DNA from: Rhizobiales bacterium Ga0077545
GTDB taxonomy: Bacteria > Pseudomonadota > Alphaproteobacteria > Rhizobiales > Methylopilaceae
Assembly (NCBI GenBank): GCA_001464335.1
Contig: LNEV01000006.1
Location: forward strand, 200,933 to 232,932
Reading direction: 5' to 3'
Length of the DNA stretch: 32,000 bases
Shown: one piece after another, positions 1-10,230 of the stretch
How the letters are laid out: the number at the start of each line of letters is the position of its first letter
Numbering within the stretch: the first letter of the stretch is position 1
The notes under the pieces: model-generated
What the model saw: the letters and a program-made list of their open reading frames with translations, nothing else
Database searches by the model: none
Told to the model about the DNA's origin: nothing
Made by a program: the position numbers and the translations under genes

Positions 1-1356
1 GAACGGCGCCAGTATGGACGTGAAACCCTCGATGTAGAGCGTGACCGCCCAAGCGATCAGGGCAAATCCGGCAGCGATCCAGAGCCGCTGGGCGGCCCAG
101 AAAAGATTGCCGCGTTTCCACGACAGCAACGGGCCGAACGGCACCGCAATGAGAAGCGCCAGAGCCAGCGGCCCGAACGTCGCGTTGAAATAGGGCGCAC
201 CGACCGAGATCTTGCCGCCGGTGACGGCTTCCAGCGCCAAAGGATAGAGCGTGCCGACAAAGACCGTGGCGGTTGCCGTCGTCAGCAGGAGATTGTTGAG
301 CACGAGCGCGCCCTCGCGCGAGACGGGCGCGAACAACCCGCCCTGCCGCAGCGTCCCCGAGCGCAGGCCGAACAACGCGAGCGAACCGCCGACGAAGACC
401 GCCAGAATGATGAGAATGAACAGGCCGCGAGTCGGATCGACAGCGAAGGAATGAACCGATGTCAGCACGCCCGAGCGCACAAGGAAGGTGCCGAGCAGCG
501 ACAGCGAAAAGGCGAGGATGGCGAGCAGCACCGTCCACACTTTCAGCGCCGCGCGTTTTTCCATGACAACGGCCGAATGCAAAAGCGCGGTTCCCGCAAT
601 CCACGGCATCAGGCTCGCATTCTCGACCGGATCCCAGAACCAGAACCCGCCCCAGCCAAGCTCGTAATAGGCCCAGTAAGACCCCATCGCGATGCCGAGC
701 GTCAGGAACAGCCAGGCCGCGAGCGTCCACGGGCGCACCCAGCGCGCCCAGGCGGCGTCAATACGCCCCTCGATCAGCGCGGCGATGGCGAAGGCAAAAG
801 CGATGGAGAAGCCGACATAGCCGAGATAGAGCATCGGCGGGTGGATCGCGAGGCCGATATCCTGCAGCAGCGGATTGAGATCGCGGCCCTCGAGCGGGGC
901 CGGATCGACGCGCGTGAATGGATTTGATGCGGCGAGAAGATAAAGGAGAAAAGCCGTACTGACCCAGCCCTGCACCGCCAGCACATTGGCGCGCAGGCGC
1001 GCGGGCAGGTTCGAGCCGAACAAGGCCACCGCGCCGCCGAACAGAACGAGGATGAGAACCCAGAGGAGCATCGACCCCTCATGGTTTCCCCACACACCCG
1101 AGACTTTGTAGATCATCGGCTTTGCCGAGTGCGAATTCTCGACGACGTTCAGCAGCGAAAAATCGGATGTGACATAGGCGAAAGTCAGCGCCGCGAAGGC
1201 GAGCGCGACGAAAATGAACTGGCCGAAGGCGGTCCCGTCGGCAACGCCCATCAGAACCGCATCGCCGCGCCGCGCACCCCAGAGCGGGACCGTGCTCTGG
1301 ATGAGCGCCAGAGCCAGCGCCAGAACGAGTGCGTAATGACCGGCTTCGGCAATCAC
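1..1356 (-). CDS. ccmF: cytochrome c-type biogenesis protein CcmF (N-terminal 452 codons; 3' end lies beyond window start)
   Basis: Absent from the ORF track because it has no stop in the window. Reverse-strand reading from GTG at 1356 gives [32 protein letters not shown]. Further downstream it gives ...[23 protein letters not shown], the CcmF WGNHEGS-type motif region. The frame is open to position 1, and GTGA overlaps the ccmE stop. Confidence 0.85.
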   Translation of the reverse strand, partial: MIAEAGHYALVLALALALIQSTVPLWGARRGDAVLMGVADGTAFGQFIFVALAFAALTFAYVTSDFSLLNVVENSHSAKPMIYKVSGVWGNHEGSMLLWVLILVLFGGAVALFGSNLPARLRANVLAVQGWVSTAFLLYLLAASNPFTRVDPAPLEGRDLNPLLQDIGLAIHPPMLYLGYVGFSIAFAFAIAALIEGRIDAAWARWVRPWTLAAWLFLTLGIAMGSYWAYYELGWGGFWFWDPVENASLMPWIAGTALLHSAVVMEKRAALKVWTVLLAILAFSLSLLGTFLVRSGVLTSVHSFAVDPTRGLFILIILAVFVGGSLALFGLRSGTLRQGGLFAPVSREGALVLNNLLLTTATATVFVGTLYPLALEAVTGGKISVGAPYFNATFGPLALALLIAVPFGPLLSWKRGNLFWAAQRLWIAAGFALIAWAVTLYIEGFTSILAPF

Positions 1357-1790
1357 TTCGTATCGCCCTTCCACGTGCCCTGCTGCTTGAGGGCATCGGC
1401 CACTTCCTTCGGCATGTAGGTTTCGTCGTGCTTGGCGAGCACGATGTCGGCTGTAAAGACGCCGTCGGCACCAAGACGGCCCTCCGCGACGACCCCCTGC
1501 CCCTCGCGGAACAGATCCGGCAGAAGGCCCGCGAACGTGACGGGGATTTTGTGTGCGCCGTCCGAGACTTCGAAGCGGACATTGGAGCCGTTTCGAGACA
1601 CGCTTCCGGTCTCGACGAGACCGCCGAGACGAAGACGCCGGTCCGGCGAGGGCGGCGTCTGGACGAGTTCGGTCGGCGCGCTGAAGAAGACGATCGTGTC
1701 GTTCAGCGCGGACAGGACAAGACCGGCCGAGGCGGCAAGCACCGTGCCGGCGACAGCGATCAGAGCAAGACGACGTCCTTTGCGGGTCAC
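1353..1790 (-). CDS. ccmE: cytochrome c maturation heme chaperone CcmE
   Basis: 145 aa starting [15 protein letters not shown], with an N-terminal membrane anchor and a C-terminal [13 protein letters not shown] heme-binding His region. GTG start overlaps the ccmI stop (GTGA). Confidence 0.9.
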   Translation of the reverse strand: MTRKGRRLALIAVAGTVLAASAGLVLSALNDTIVFFSAPTELVQTPPSPDRRLRLGGLVETGSVSRNGSNVRFEVSDGAHKIPVTFAGLLPDLFREGQGVVAEGRLGADGVFTADIVLAKHDETYMPKEVADALKQQGTWKGDTK

Positions 1791-2899
1791 GCCGGTTTAT
1801 CCTCCACACCGAGAGCCAGAAGAAGATCGCCAATGCGCCGCAGCGCGTCGGGATTGCCCGCAAAGGCCGTGCGCGCCTTTTCGGCCGCGGCCTTCGCTCG
1901 GTCCTCTTCGCCGAACATGCTCCACGCCCGGATGAGGCGAAGCTGCCCTCCGAGATCGCCCGGCTCGGCGTTCAACCGCGCTTCGAGGCCTTCGACCATG
2001 CCGCGGATCGTCGCGAGACGCTGATCGGGCGTCACATTTTCGAGAGCCTTGGGATCGACGGCCGGGGCCCGGCCCTCCTCGCCCAGCGACACCGCCGCCA
2101 AGGCCTCGCGCACCATGCCGAGATAGGGTGCGTCGGGCGATGCCCGCTGCAGCAGTTTGCGGTAGATCTCCGCCGCCGCCGCCGGATCGCCTTCCTGCTC
2201 GGCCGCACGCGCGAGATAGAAATGCGCCCGGGGCGCGTTCGGGTCGAGTGCCACGGACCGCTGGAACGCGGCCTGCGCCTCCGGGGACACTGTGCCCTTG
2301 GCGAAAATGGTCAGGGCTTCGCCGTGGCCGGCCTCGCGCTCGGCGGTCGAGCCGAGAAGGCGGATGGCGTTTTCATAGGCTTTCGCGGCCTTGTCCGGCT
2401 GGCCGGTCCGCAGATAGACCGGGGCGATGACCTCCCAGCCCTGCCCGTCGTCCGGCCGTCTGGCGAGTTCCGATTCGACGCGGGAGACGAGCGCGGCGAG
2501 TTCCCGGTCCTGCCGTGCCTCCTCGCGGGAGGCCAGCGGCAGATCCGGCAGGTCCGGCCGGCCCAGTCCGCTGTAAACGAGGCCTGCCGCAATCGGCAGA
2601 ACGACAAGCGCCAGAACCGCCACCGCGCGGCGGCGAGAGCCCGAATTTCCCGCGTTTGCAACACTTTCGCCGGATGCGGAAGCGGCCAGAAGGCGGCGGG
2701 CGACCTCGGTGCGCGCGGCTTCCGCCTCGGCCGAATCGATCCGACCCTCCGCGCGGTCGCGCTCAATCTCGGCCAGTTGGTCGCGATAAACGGCCTCTTC
2801 CCCGCCGTCGCGCAGATGCGGGCGGCGCGCGAGCGGCACCAGAACGGCCAGAACGGCCAGAACCGTCATGGCGAGCAGAACAAGAACGAACAACATCAT
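1787..2899 (-). CDS. ccmI: cytochrome c-type biogenesis protein CcmI/CycH (TPR-containing)
   Basis: Two N-terminal TM segments followed by a TPR-like Ala-rich periplasmic domain; sits directly upstream of ccmE-ccmF. The track ORF starts at GTG 2917; ATG-ATG at 2899/2896 (MMLFVLVLL...) is preferred as the start. Confidence 0.8.
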   Translation of the reverse strand: MMLFVLVLLAMTVLAVLAVLVPLARRPHLRDGGEEAVYRDQLAEIERDRAEGRIDSAEAEAARTEVARRLLAASASGESVANAGNSGSRRRAVAVLALVVLPIAAGLVYSGLGRPDLPDLPLASREEARQDRELAALVSRVESELARRPDDGQGWEVIAPVYLRTGQPDKAAKAYENAIRLLGSTAEREAGHGEALTIFAKGTVSPEAQAAFQRSVALDPNAPRAHFYLARAAEQEGDPAAAAEIYRKLLQRASPDAPYLGMVREALAAVSLGEEGRAPAVDPKALENVTPDQRLATIRGMVEGLEARLNAEPGDLGGQLRLIRAWSMFGEEDRAKAAAEKARTAFAGNPDALRRIGDLLLALGVEDKPA

Positions 2900-3040
2900 G
2901 CGCGCGTCATCTAGCACTCGTCATTGGCCGTGGCGACACTGTCTGTGGTCACGGGTGCCGGTCCTCTTTCACGCCGCGGGCGGTATCGCTAGGGTCGTTT
3001 CTCACGACTGCTGACGATTCACACCCAATCAGGCCTCCCA

Positions 3041-4309
3041 TTGCCGCCGCGACGACCGACCCGCCGCTACACCCTGACATCGCTCCTGAAAGAAGCGCGG
3101 CGGCAGCATCGCGGCTGGGAACCGGCCTGGCCGAAGGCCGAACCGAAAGCCTCCTACGAAATCGTGATCGCAGGCGGCGGCGGGCATGGACTGGCCACGG
3201 CCTACTACCTCGCGAAGCTTCACGGCATCCGCAACATAGCGGTCGTCGAGAAAGGCTGGCTCGGTGGCGGAAATGCGGCGCGCAACACCGCCATCATCCG
3301 CTCGGACTATCTCAGGCCCGAAAGCATGGCGCTTTACCGCCTCTCCCATTCCCTGTTCGAGCATCTGTCGACCGAACTCGACTTCAACGTCATGTATTCG
3401 CCGCGCGGCCTCGTGGAACTGGCCTATACGCGCCAGCACATGGAATTGCTGGCGCGCACCGCCGACGCCAACACCCATTACGGTATCAAAAGCTGGATGA
3501 TCCCGCCCGACGAGGTGAGGAAGCTGCTGCCGCTGCTCGATGACGGGCCGCACAAGCGCTATCCGCTGTTCGGGGCGCTGTGGCAGCCGCGCGGCGGCAT
3601 CGCCCGGCACGATGCCGTGATCTGGGCCTATGCGCGCATGGCCGCGCAGCTCGGCATCGACATCATCGAGAATTGCGAGATCGAGCGGATCGAGACGATC
3701 GGCGGGCGCATCTCGGGCGTGCGCACTTCGCGCGGCACGATTTCAGCGGGGACGGTGCTTGTGGCCACCGCGGCGGACACGCCGGCTTTGCTTGCGTCGC
3801 TCGGCATCAACCTGCCCATCGAGCCGGTGGCGCTGCAGGCTTTCGTGTCCGAACCGCTGAAACCGGCGCTCGATGTGGTGGCCATTGCGGGCGAGGTCGA
3901 GGGCTATATCAGCCAGTCCGACAAGGGCGAGCTTGTGATCGGCGGCGCGACGGACAAAGCGCCCGGCTACTCGCGGCGCGGCGCGTTTGCGAGCATCGAG
4001 GACACGGCCGCCAGCATGCTGGAGCTTTTCCCCTCCCTGTCGCGCGTGCGCATGATGCGGCACTGGGCGGGCACGGTGGACATCACGCCCGATCGCTCGC
4101 CCATCATCGGCGCTTTGGGCCTGCAGGGGCTTTTCGTCAATTGCGGCTGGGGCACCGGCGGCTTCAAGGCCATTCCCGGCTCGGGCTACGGCACCGCCAG
4201 CCTCATCGCGGGCGGCAAGGCGGCGCATGTGGTCGCGCCGTTCGGCCTCGACCGCTTCCGGCAGGGCCGCCTCATCGACGAAAGCGCGGCTTCGGCCGTG
4301 GCCCACTGA
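3041..4309 (+). CDS. soxB: sarcosine oxidase subunit beta
   Basis: 422 aa. Dinucleotide-binding motif YEIVIAGGGGHGLATAYYLAK. First gene of a soxB-D-A-G order. TTG start with no ATG upstream, so the start is uncertain by a few codons. Confidence 0.9.
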   Translation: MPPRRPTRRYTLTSLLKEARRQHRGWEPAWPKAEPKASYEIVIAGGGGHGLATAYYLAKLHGIRNIAVVEKGWLGGGNAARNTAIIRSDYLRPESMALYRLSHSLFEHLSTELDFNVMYSPRGLVELAYTRQHMELLARTADANTHYGIKSWMIPPDEVRKLLPLLDDGPHKRYPLFGALWQPRGGIARHDAVIWAYARMAAQLGIDIIENCEIERIETIGGRISGVRTSRGTISAGTVLVATAADTPALLASLGINLPIEPVALQAFVSEPLKPALDVVAIAGEVEGYISQSDKGELVIGGATDKAPGYSRRGAFASIEDTAASMLELFPSLSRVRMMRHWAGTVDITPDRSPIIGALGLQGLFVNCGWGTGGFKAIPGSGYGTASLIAGGKAAHVVAPFGLDRFRQGRLIDESAASAVAH

Positions 4310-4316
4310 GACCGCC

Positions 4317-4562
4317 ATGCTGCTCATCACCTGCCCCGTCTGCGCCGTCACCGCCGAGGAAACCGAATTTTCGTGCGGCGGGCTCCATGTCCAGCCGGGG
4401 GAGACACGTCGTTACGCGCGCGGCGTCGTGCGCGAATACTGGCTGTGCGCGGCCGGCTGCGGAAGCTGGTTCGGCCTTGCCCGCCACAGCGTGAACCAGC
4501 GCATTCTGGGAAGCTGGACCATGGGCAAGGAACCGCCCCTCTTTCCGGGTGAGACGGCATGA
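4317..4562 (+). CDS. soxD: sarcosine oxidase subunit delta (short, 81 aa)
   Basis: MLLITCPVCAVTAEETEFSCGG...WLCAAGCGSWF, a Cys-rich SoxD-type N-terminus. Lies between soxB and soxA, and its stop overlaps the soxA start (ATGA). Trimmed from the 111-aa track ORF. Confidence 0.8.
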   Translation: MLLITCPVCAVTAEETEFSCGGLHVQPGETRRYARGVVREYWLCAAGCGSWFGLARHSVNQRILGSWTMGKEPPLFPGETA

Positions 4563-7500
4563 CCTCGTCCCGCATTCCCAAGGACAAGGACCCGCGGTTC
4601 GGCCGCCTGATCGACCGCGACGCGCCGCTCGCCTTCACCTTCAACGGGAAGAAGCTGAAAGGCTTTGCGGGAGACACATTGGCGAGCGCGCTTCTGGCGA
4701 ACGGCGTGCGCACGCTCGCGCGCAGCGTCAAATATCACCGCCCGCGCGGCATCATGAGCGTGGGTGCGGACGATCCGAACGCCATCGTGCAGACCGGCAC
4801 GGGCGATCTGCGCACGCCAAACCAGAACGCGACGCGCATCCCGCTCGAAGCGGGGCTTGCCGTGGCGAGCCAGAACGCCTGGCCGTCCCTCGGCTTCGAC
4901 GCCGGCGCCCTGCTCGAGCGCGCCCGCCCGCTCATGCCGCCGGGCTTTCAATACAAGGCGTTCAAGCGCCCGCTGAAGGCCTGGCGCGCCTATGAGAAGG
5001 CGATCCGCAAGATCGCCGGTTATGGCACCGCGCCCGACAAACCCGACCCCGACCGCTACGAGCATGTGAACGCCCATGCCGACGTGCTGATCGTCGGCGG
5101 CGGCATTGCGGGCCTTGCAGCCGCCGAAGCTGCCGCGTCCGAGGGCCTCAAGGTTTTCCTCGCGGAGGCCGCCCCGCGGCTCGGCGGCATCGCGGACGCC
5201 TATGAAGGGCGTATTGACGGAATGCCGGTTCTCGACTGGGTCCGCCGCACGGCAGCGAAGCTGGCGGCGGCGGAGAACGTGCATCTTCTCGTCCACGCCG
5301 AAGTGTCCGGTCTTTACGATCACGGTCTTGCGGTGATCGTCGAGAACGTCACGCCGGACACGCGACCGGAAGAGGCCGGCAACATGCCGCGCCAGAGGCT
5401 CTGGAAGCTGCGCGCGAAGGCCGTGGTGCTGGCAACGGGCGCGTTCGAGAAGCCGCTGGTTTTCCCCGAGAACGACCGGCCCGGCATCATGCTCGCGACC
5501 TCGGCGCGGCTTTATCTGCGCCGATACGGCGTCGTGCCGGGGCAGAAAATCGTTATCGCGACATCGAGCGATGAAGGCTATCGCACCGCAACGGACCTCG
5601 CGGCGGCCGGTGCGGACATTTCGCGCATCGTGGATCTGCGCATTGCGCCGGACGGCGCGCTGTTTCACATGGTCAAATCCGGCGGCCAGTCGATCTCGGT
5701 GGCCTCGGCTCCCGTGTCGACACGCGGCAAGGGCACGCGCGGTATCACCGACGTCACCATCGCCAACCGCCTGACCGTGGACGGCCCGGCGCTCCGCTCC
5801 GTCATGTCCTGCGACACGCTTCTGGTGTCGGGCGGATGGGCACCGGCGCCCATGCTCGCCGGACATCTCGGCGCGCGCCTGAGTTTCGACCGCGAGCTCG
5901 GCGCCTTCCGTCCCGGCGATGTGCCGAAAGGCCTCATCGTCGCCGGAGCCGCCAACGGAAAATTCGATCTGGCGCTTGCCGTCGGGGACGGCTGGCGCGG
6001 CGGTGTCGAGGCGGCCCGGCACATCCTCGGCGCCGCCGCACGGGAGGCCGGATTTTCGGCCGCGGTCGAGGCCACGCAGGACGATCCCGCCGAAGCCATC
6101 GGCTCCCTGCCCGACATCTCCACCCCGGAGGAGCGCCTGCGCGCCTTCGTCGATGTGCAGACGGACACGACGGTCGGCGACATGGAAATCGCGGTCCGCG
6201 AAGGCTATGGCGCGCCCGAACATCTCAAACGCTACACCGGGCTCGGCCTCGGCACCGATCAGGGCAAAAGCTCGGTGGCGAATGCCGCCGCCATCCTGCC
6301 GCGACTTGGCGGCACGGCGGCCGACAGTTCCGCGCACACGACCTTCCGCCCGCCCTGGACGCCCATTGCGTTCGGCGCGATTGCGGGCGCAAGGCGCGGG
6401 CCGCTGTTTCGGCCCGTACGCACGACGCCGCTGACCCATCTTTTCGGGGATGCGATCCTCGAGCCGCTCGGTCTGTGGCGGCTTCCCGCGGCCTTCCCGC
6501 AGCCCGGCGAAACGCGCGAAAACGCCATCCGCCGCGAAGTGCGCACCGTCCGGGGCGGCATCGGCATTTTCGATGCCAGCGCGGGTGCGAAGATCCTCGT
6601 GTCCGGCACCGGCGCGGGCGAGTTTCTGGACCGGATGAGCGCGACGGATGTCGGCGACACGCCGATCGGCACGTCGCGCTATGCGCTGTTTTTGAACGAG
6701 GAAGGGTTCGTCATCGAGGACGGCATCGTCGCGCGCCTGCGCGAGGATCGCTTTCTCGTTTCGACGGGCGTCGGCCGGGCCGCCTCGCTGTCCGGATGGT
6801 TCGAGCGCTGGCACCAGACCCTGCTGCGCGATCTCGACGTCTTCATCGTGGACGAGACGGAACGTTGGGCGCAGATCCTGCTGGCCGGGCCGCAGGTGCC
6901 CGAGCTTCTCTCGCGCATTCCCGGCGACATCGACATATCGAGCTTTACGGTGGATTCGTTTGCGGAAGGCGATGTGAACGGCGCTCCGGCGCGCGCGCTC
7001 GCGAGCCGCTACACGGCCGGGGCGGAAGTCGAGCTGTCCATACCGGCGGGCAATGCTCCCGCCTTCTGGAACTTCCTCCTCGAGGCCGGGCGCGACATCG
7101 GCGTCGCGCGCTTCGGCATGGACGCCATGCAGCGGCTGCGTCTCGAAGCCGGAGCGTTCGATCTCGACCGCGAGACCGATGGCACCGTGACGCCTTACGA
7201 TCTCGGCCTTGGCGATCTCGTCTCGTCCGAGAGCGATTTCATCGGGCGTTCCGGGCTTGAACGACCCGCGCTGACGCGTCCCAACCGCCGTCATCTCGTC
7301 GGCGTCCTGCTCGATGACAAGATGCTGACCCCACCTCCGGGCAGCCATCTCATCCTTGATCCGGAGGAGCCGACGCCGCGCCGCGTCGTCGGTCACATCA
7401 CGACGTCGGGCTATTCACCGACCTTGCGACGCTCGCTCGCGCTGGCGCTTGTTTCGGCGGGCGAGAAGCATCTCGGCGACCGCGTGTTCGTCATGATGAC

Positions 7501-7567
7501 GGGCGACGCGCACGGCGCCGAGATCACGGTGACCGACTTTCTGGGAACTGTGGGAGACGATGCATGA
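4559..7567 (+). CDS. soxA: sarcosine oxidase subunit alpha
   Basis: 1002 aa. N-terminus FTFNGKKLKGFAGDTLASALLANGV...KYHRPRGI, Rossmann motif DVLIVGGGIAGLAAAEAAA, and a C-terminal aminomethyltransferase (GcvT)-like region. Confidence 0.92.
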   Translation: MTSSRIPKDKDPRFGRLIDRDAPLAFTFNGKKLKGFAGDTLASALLANGVRTLARSVKYHRPRGIMSVGADDPNAIVQTGTGDLRTPNQNATRIPLEAGLAVASQNAWPSLGFDAGALLERARPLMPPGFQYKAFKRPLKAWRAYEKAIRKIAGYGTAPDKPDPDRYEHVNAHADVLIVGGGIAGLAAAEAAASEGLKVFLAEAAPRLGGIADAYEGRIDGMPVLDWVRRTAAKLAAAENVHLLVHAEVSGLYDHGLAVIVENVTPDTRPEEAGNMPRQRLWKLRAKAVVLATGAFEKPLVFPENDRPGIMLATSARLYLRRYGVVPGQKIVIATSSDEGYRTATDLAAAGADISRIVDLRIAPDGALFHMVKSGGQSISVASAPVSTRGKGTRGITDVTIANRLTVDGPALRSVMSCDTLLVSGGWAPAPMLAGHLGARLSFDRELGAFRPGDVPKGLIVAGAANGKFDLALAVGDGWRGGVEAARHILGAAAREAGFSAAVEATQDDPAEAIGSLPDISTPEERLRAFVDVQTDTTVGDMEIAVREGYGAPEHLKRYTGLGLGTDQGKSSVANAAAILPRLGGTAADSSAHTTFRPPWTPIAFGAIAGARRGPLFRPVRTTPLTHLFGDAILEPLGLWRLPAAFPQPGETRENAIRREVRTVRGGIGIFDASAGAKILVSGTGAGEFLDRMSATDVGDTPIGTSRYALFLNEEGFVIEDGIVARLREDRFLVSTGVGRAASLSGWFERWHQTLLRDLDVFIVDETERWAQILLAGPQVPELLSRIPGDIDISSFTVDSFAEGDVNGAPARALASRYTAGAEVELSIPAGNAPAFWNFLLEAGRDIGVARFGMDAMQRLRLEAGAFDLDRETDGTVTPYDLGLGDLVSSESDFIGRSGLERPALTRPNRRHLVGVLLDDKMLTPPPGSHLILDPEEPTPRRVVGHITTSGYSPTLRRSLALALVSAGEKHLGDRVFVMMTGDAHGAEITVTDFLGTVGDDA

Positions 7568-8166
7568 GCACGTCCGTCTGGACGGAGAGCCTTCTGGCGC
7601 CACGCTCGCTTGCAACGCGCGAGACGACCGCCGTCGCCGCCATCGAAGATCCGGGCGTGATCGATCTGCATCTGGCGGTCAACGATCTCTACGTGCAGCG
7701 GCGCTGCGAAAAGATCCTCGGCGGCAAGCTGCCGATGAAGCCCTGGGCCAGCCTTGTCGCCGAGGACCGCCGAATTGTCTGGACGCGCCCGTGGCGCTGG
7801 CAGGTCATCGCACCGCGCGAGGGCGTGGACGCACTCCTGGAAGAGCTGCGGCAGTCCATTGCCGCCTCGATCGCGGCGGACCTGACGGGCGCGTTCGCGG
7901 CCCTGCGGGTTGCGGGGGCGAACTCAAACGAGGTGCTGGCGCGGGTGTGCGCGCTCGATCTTGCGCCAGTGGAGCCTGGCTTTGCACGCGGCACCTCGAT
8001 CGCCGGCGTGCGCTGCCTGCTGATCCGTGAGGAAAGCTCGGTGCCGTCCTGGCAGGTGCTCGCGCCGCGCTCCTACGGCGTGCATGTCTCGGCATCTTTG
8101 GTCGAGGCGATACGCACGCCCGGGCGCCTTGCTTTGTTCGGAACGGCGTCCCCGCCGCCCGTCTGA
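7564..8166 (+). CDS. soxG: sarcosine oxidase subunit gamma
   Basis: 200 aa. ATGA overlap with the soxA stop. Size and position match the gamma subunit of heterotetrameric sarcosine oxidase. Confidence 0.75.
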   Translation: MSTSVWTESLLAPRSLATRETTAVAAIEDPGVIDLHLAVNDLYVQRRCEKILGGKLPMKPWASLVAEDRRIVWTRPWRWQVIAPREGVDALLEELRQSIAASIAADLTGAFAALRVAGANSNEVLARVCALDLAPVEPGFARGTSIAGVRCLLIREESSVPSWQVLAPRSYGVHVSASLVEAIRTPGRLALFGTASPPPV

Positions 8167-8183
8167 CGATCGGGCTTTGAAGA

Positions 8184-9563
8184 TCAGGCCGAACGCTGCT
8201 GTGCCGGCTGGCTCGCCACCTCGACCGCCTTCGACATCAGCGACGCATATTCGGACCCGAAGATCTTCGCCGACACGGTGACGATGCTCGAAAGGCGGCT
8301 TTTCAAAGCGGGTTTTGCGCTTTCATCGGCGGCGCGCAGACGTTCGATAAGCGGCGGCGTTCCGGTGTCGAGCAGTTCGCGCACCTCGCTGAAAATGCGG
8401 CTGCTGAGGGCGTTCATCGCGATTTCCTCGGCGTAGGAACGCGCGATCAGCAGAAGATCGAGATCGGCGACGAGGCGGTCGATCTCGTGCTGCTCGAAAT
8501 TGCGTTCCTGCGCGCGCGGGCGCACCAGACGCCGGACTCGGGGCGACAGATCCTGAAGATCGGCGCGCACACTGTCCGCGATCTCGCGCTTCAGCCCGGC
8601 AAGCCTCTTGGCATGGTGCCCATCCGACAGGAGATCGACTTCCGTGCCGAGCGCGCGGGTCGCCGCGCCGAACCCCCGCACCGCCTGCAGGATCTGGCCG
8701 CGGTCCGCGCTCGAGGAAACGGCTTTCGCCCGGATCTGCTCGCGCTCGGCCTCGGCCAGCGCCAGATCGAGAATGCAGACAAAGGGAGTTTCGAGGATGC
8801 GCGCGGCATCGGTCGTCTCGCAGGCGACGGCGGCAAGGCGTGCGAAGGTCTGGGGGGTGGGGAGCTTCTTGCGCACCAGAACGAGCGCGAACGGAAGAAG
8901 CTCCGGATGCTTGGCGGCGATGGGATCGAGACGCGTTTTCAGCGTCTTCAGCGTCTCGTCCATGTTCGGGCCGGTCGCGCCCGAAATGGGTCCGCTCGTC
9001 TCGGCGGCGAACTTGGCGAGCACGAAACGCCGCTTGAGGATGACGGCGGTGTCTTCGAGATCGGCGCCGGCATTGTTGCCGCCGATCCTCCCCACCAGCC
9101 GATTGCGCGCCTTGTCGCCGTTCGCGGCGGCAAGCGCCTCTTCGAGGTGGCGGGAGAGCTTGTCCTGCGCCTGATCGATTGCGGTGTCCTGAGCCGCCTT
9201 GTCCGCCGTTCGTGCAAGCTGTTCGTCCAGCTCACGCACGATGTCGGGCGCGCCATCCGTCGCCAGCCATTTCGGCAGACGCTCGCGGAAGGTGTGACCG
9301 ATCAGACCCGTCGTCTTTGTCTTGACGTCGATGGGCAGCACGAACGGATCGAGCGGCGCCAGCAGCAGCTCCTCCGCCCGCAAGGTCTGCGGAAGTTCGC
9401 CCAGCGCGCGCTGCGCGGCCATCAAAGGTTCGAGAATGATCGTGCGGTAGGGAATTTCGGCGCCGGATTCGCTGTGCAGGGCCGCGCTCAGCCGTGTCCT
9501 CGCCCCGGCCGGAAGATCGAGGAAGAAGGCCGTCAGTTTCTCATATTCAAGGCTGCCCGCCAT
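8184..9563 (-). CDS. hypothetical protein, 459 aa, predicted all-helical, no recognisable motif
   Basis: Long ATG-initiated ORF with high third-position GC. Convergent with soxG (17-bp gap). No signal peptide, TM segment or catalytic motif recognised by eye. Confidence 0.6.
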   Translation of the reverse strand: MAGSLEYEKLTAFFLDLPAGARTRLSAALHSESGAEIPYRTIILEPLMAAQRALGELPQTLRAEELLLAPLDPFVLPIDVKTKTTGLIGHTFRERLPKWLATDGAPDIVRELDEQLARTADKAAQDTAIDQAQDKLSRHLEEALAAANGDKARNRLVGRIGGNNAGADLEDTAVILKRRFVLAKFAAETSGPISGATGPNMDETLKTLKTRLDPIAAKHPELLPFALVLVRKKLPTPQTFARLAAVACETTDAARILETPFVCILDLALAEAEREQIRAKAVSSSADRGQILQAVRGFGAATRALGTEVDLLSDGHHAKRLAGLKREIADSVRADLQDLSPRVRRLVRPRAQERNFEQHEIDRLVADLDLLLIARSYAEEIAMNALSSRIFSEVRELLDTGTPPLIERLRAADESAKPALKSRLSSIVTVSAKIFGSEYASLMSKAVEVASQPAQQRSA

Positions 9564-9632
9564 GGCGTCGCCGATTGCACCCGCGAATGTCCAGCTTCGG
9601 TCTTAACAGGCACGTGCTTAACGGCAGGTTGC

Positions 9633-9657
9633 AAAAAGGGGGCTCGCGGCCCCCTTT
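9633..9657 (-). terminator. rho-independent terminator downstream of the lipoprotein gene
   Basis: Minus-strand GGGGGCCGCGAGCCCCC stem (6 GC pairs plus G.U, 3-nt loop) followed by TTTTT. It lies 7 nt after the stop at 9664. Confidence 0.55.
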
Positions 9658-9663
9658 CACGCA

Positions 9664-10140
9664 TCAGACGGGAATCCAGCGCCCGTCGGACTGGCGGCAC
9701 GCGACGCTGCGTGCGGTTTCCGGACGGCCGTCGATATAGACCGTATGGGCAAATTCGCGGCAGCGCGCATAACCCGGCCGCTCATAGTCCGGCCCCGGAG
9801 TGACGGTGCCGTAATATTCGCGCGAACGCCACGCAACCGGAGCGCCGGGCGCCCCGCTCTCAAGCGCGCGATATTCCGCCGCGATGGCTTCGCGGCGCGC
9901 CTGCTCGTCCAGGCTGCGGCCGACCGCATTGCCGAGCATGCCGCCCGCCACCGCGCCGACGAGACCGCCCGCAAGACGGCTTCCGCTGCTGTTGCCGATG
10001 CTGGAGCCGATCAGGCCACCCGCCACCGCGCCCGCAACCGTGCCGACGCCCTCGCGCGGCCCTGTCTCGCCTGTCGTCTGCGTACACGCCGCGGCAACGC
10101 CCGCGACCAAGGCCACCGCAATCACTTTCTTGAAGATCAT
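9664..10140 (-). CDS. glycine-zipper surface lipoprotein (17 kDa surface antigen-like)
   Basis: 158 aa. Lipobox VAGVAAAC, glycine-zipper GAVAGGLIGSSIG...GGLVGAVAGGMLGNAVG, and a Cys-containing C-terminal domain. RBS GAGGGG lies 5 nt upstream of the ATG. Confidence 0.8.
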   Translation of the reverse strand: MIFKKVIAVALVAGVAAACTQTTGETGPREGVGTVAGAVAGGLIGSSIGNSSGSRLAGGLVGAVAGGMLGNAVGRSLDEQARREAIAAEYRALESGAPGAPVAWRSREYYGTVTPGPDYERPGYARCREFAHTVYIDGRPETARSVACRQSDGRWIPV

Positions 10141-10230
10141 CGAAACCCCTCAGGCCGGACCGTGCAAAGCCCCAAACATCGTCCGTTTCCCCGTTCACCG
10201 GCGATAGTTTCCGATTTGGGCGAAACTCTG

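Noticed and set aside
2515-3543. 342-aa plus-strand ORF spanning ccmI and the soxB start
   Set aside because: It overlaps two well-supported genes out of frame or antisense, and its sequence is low-complexity.
4412-7396. 994-aa minus-strand ORF
   Set aside because: It is entirely antisense to soxA. Its composition is Arg/Ala/Gly-rich and low-complexity, typical of shadow ORFs in high-GC DNA, and soxA on the plus strand has clear motifs.
9603-9622. Pair of TTAAC motifs as a CtrA box upstream of the 459-aa gene
   Set aside because: The spacing is TTAA-N11-TTAA rather than N7. It is more simply described as direct repeats flanking a GCACGTGC palindrome.
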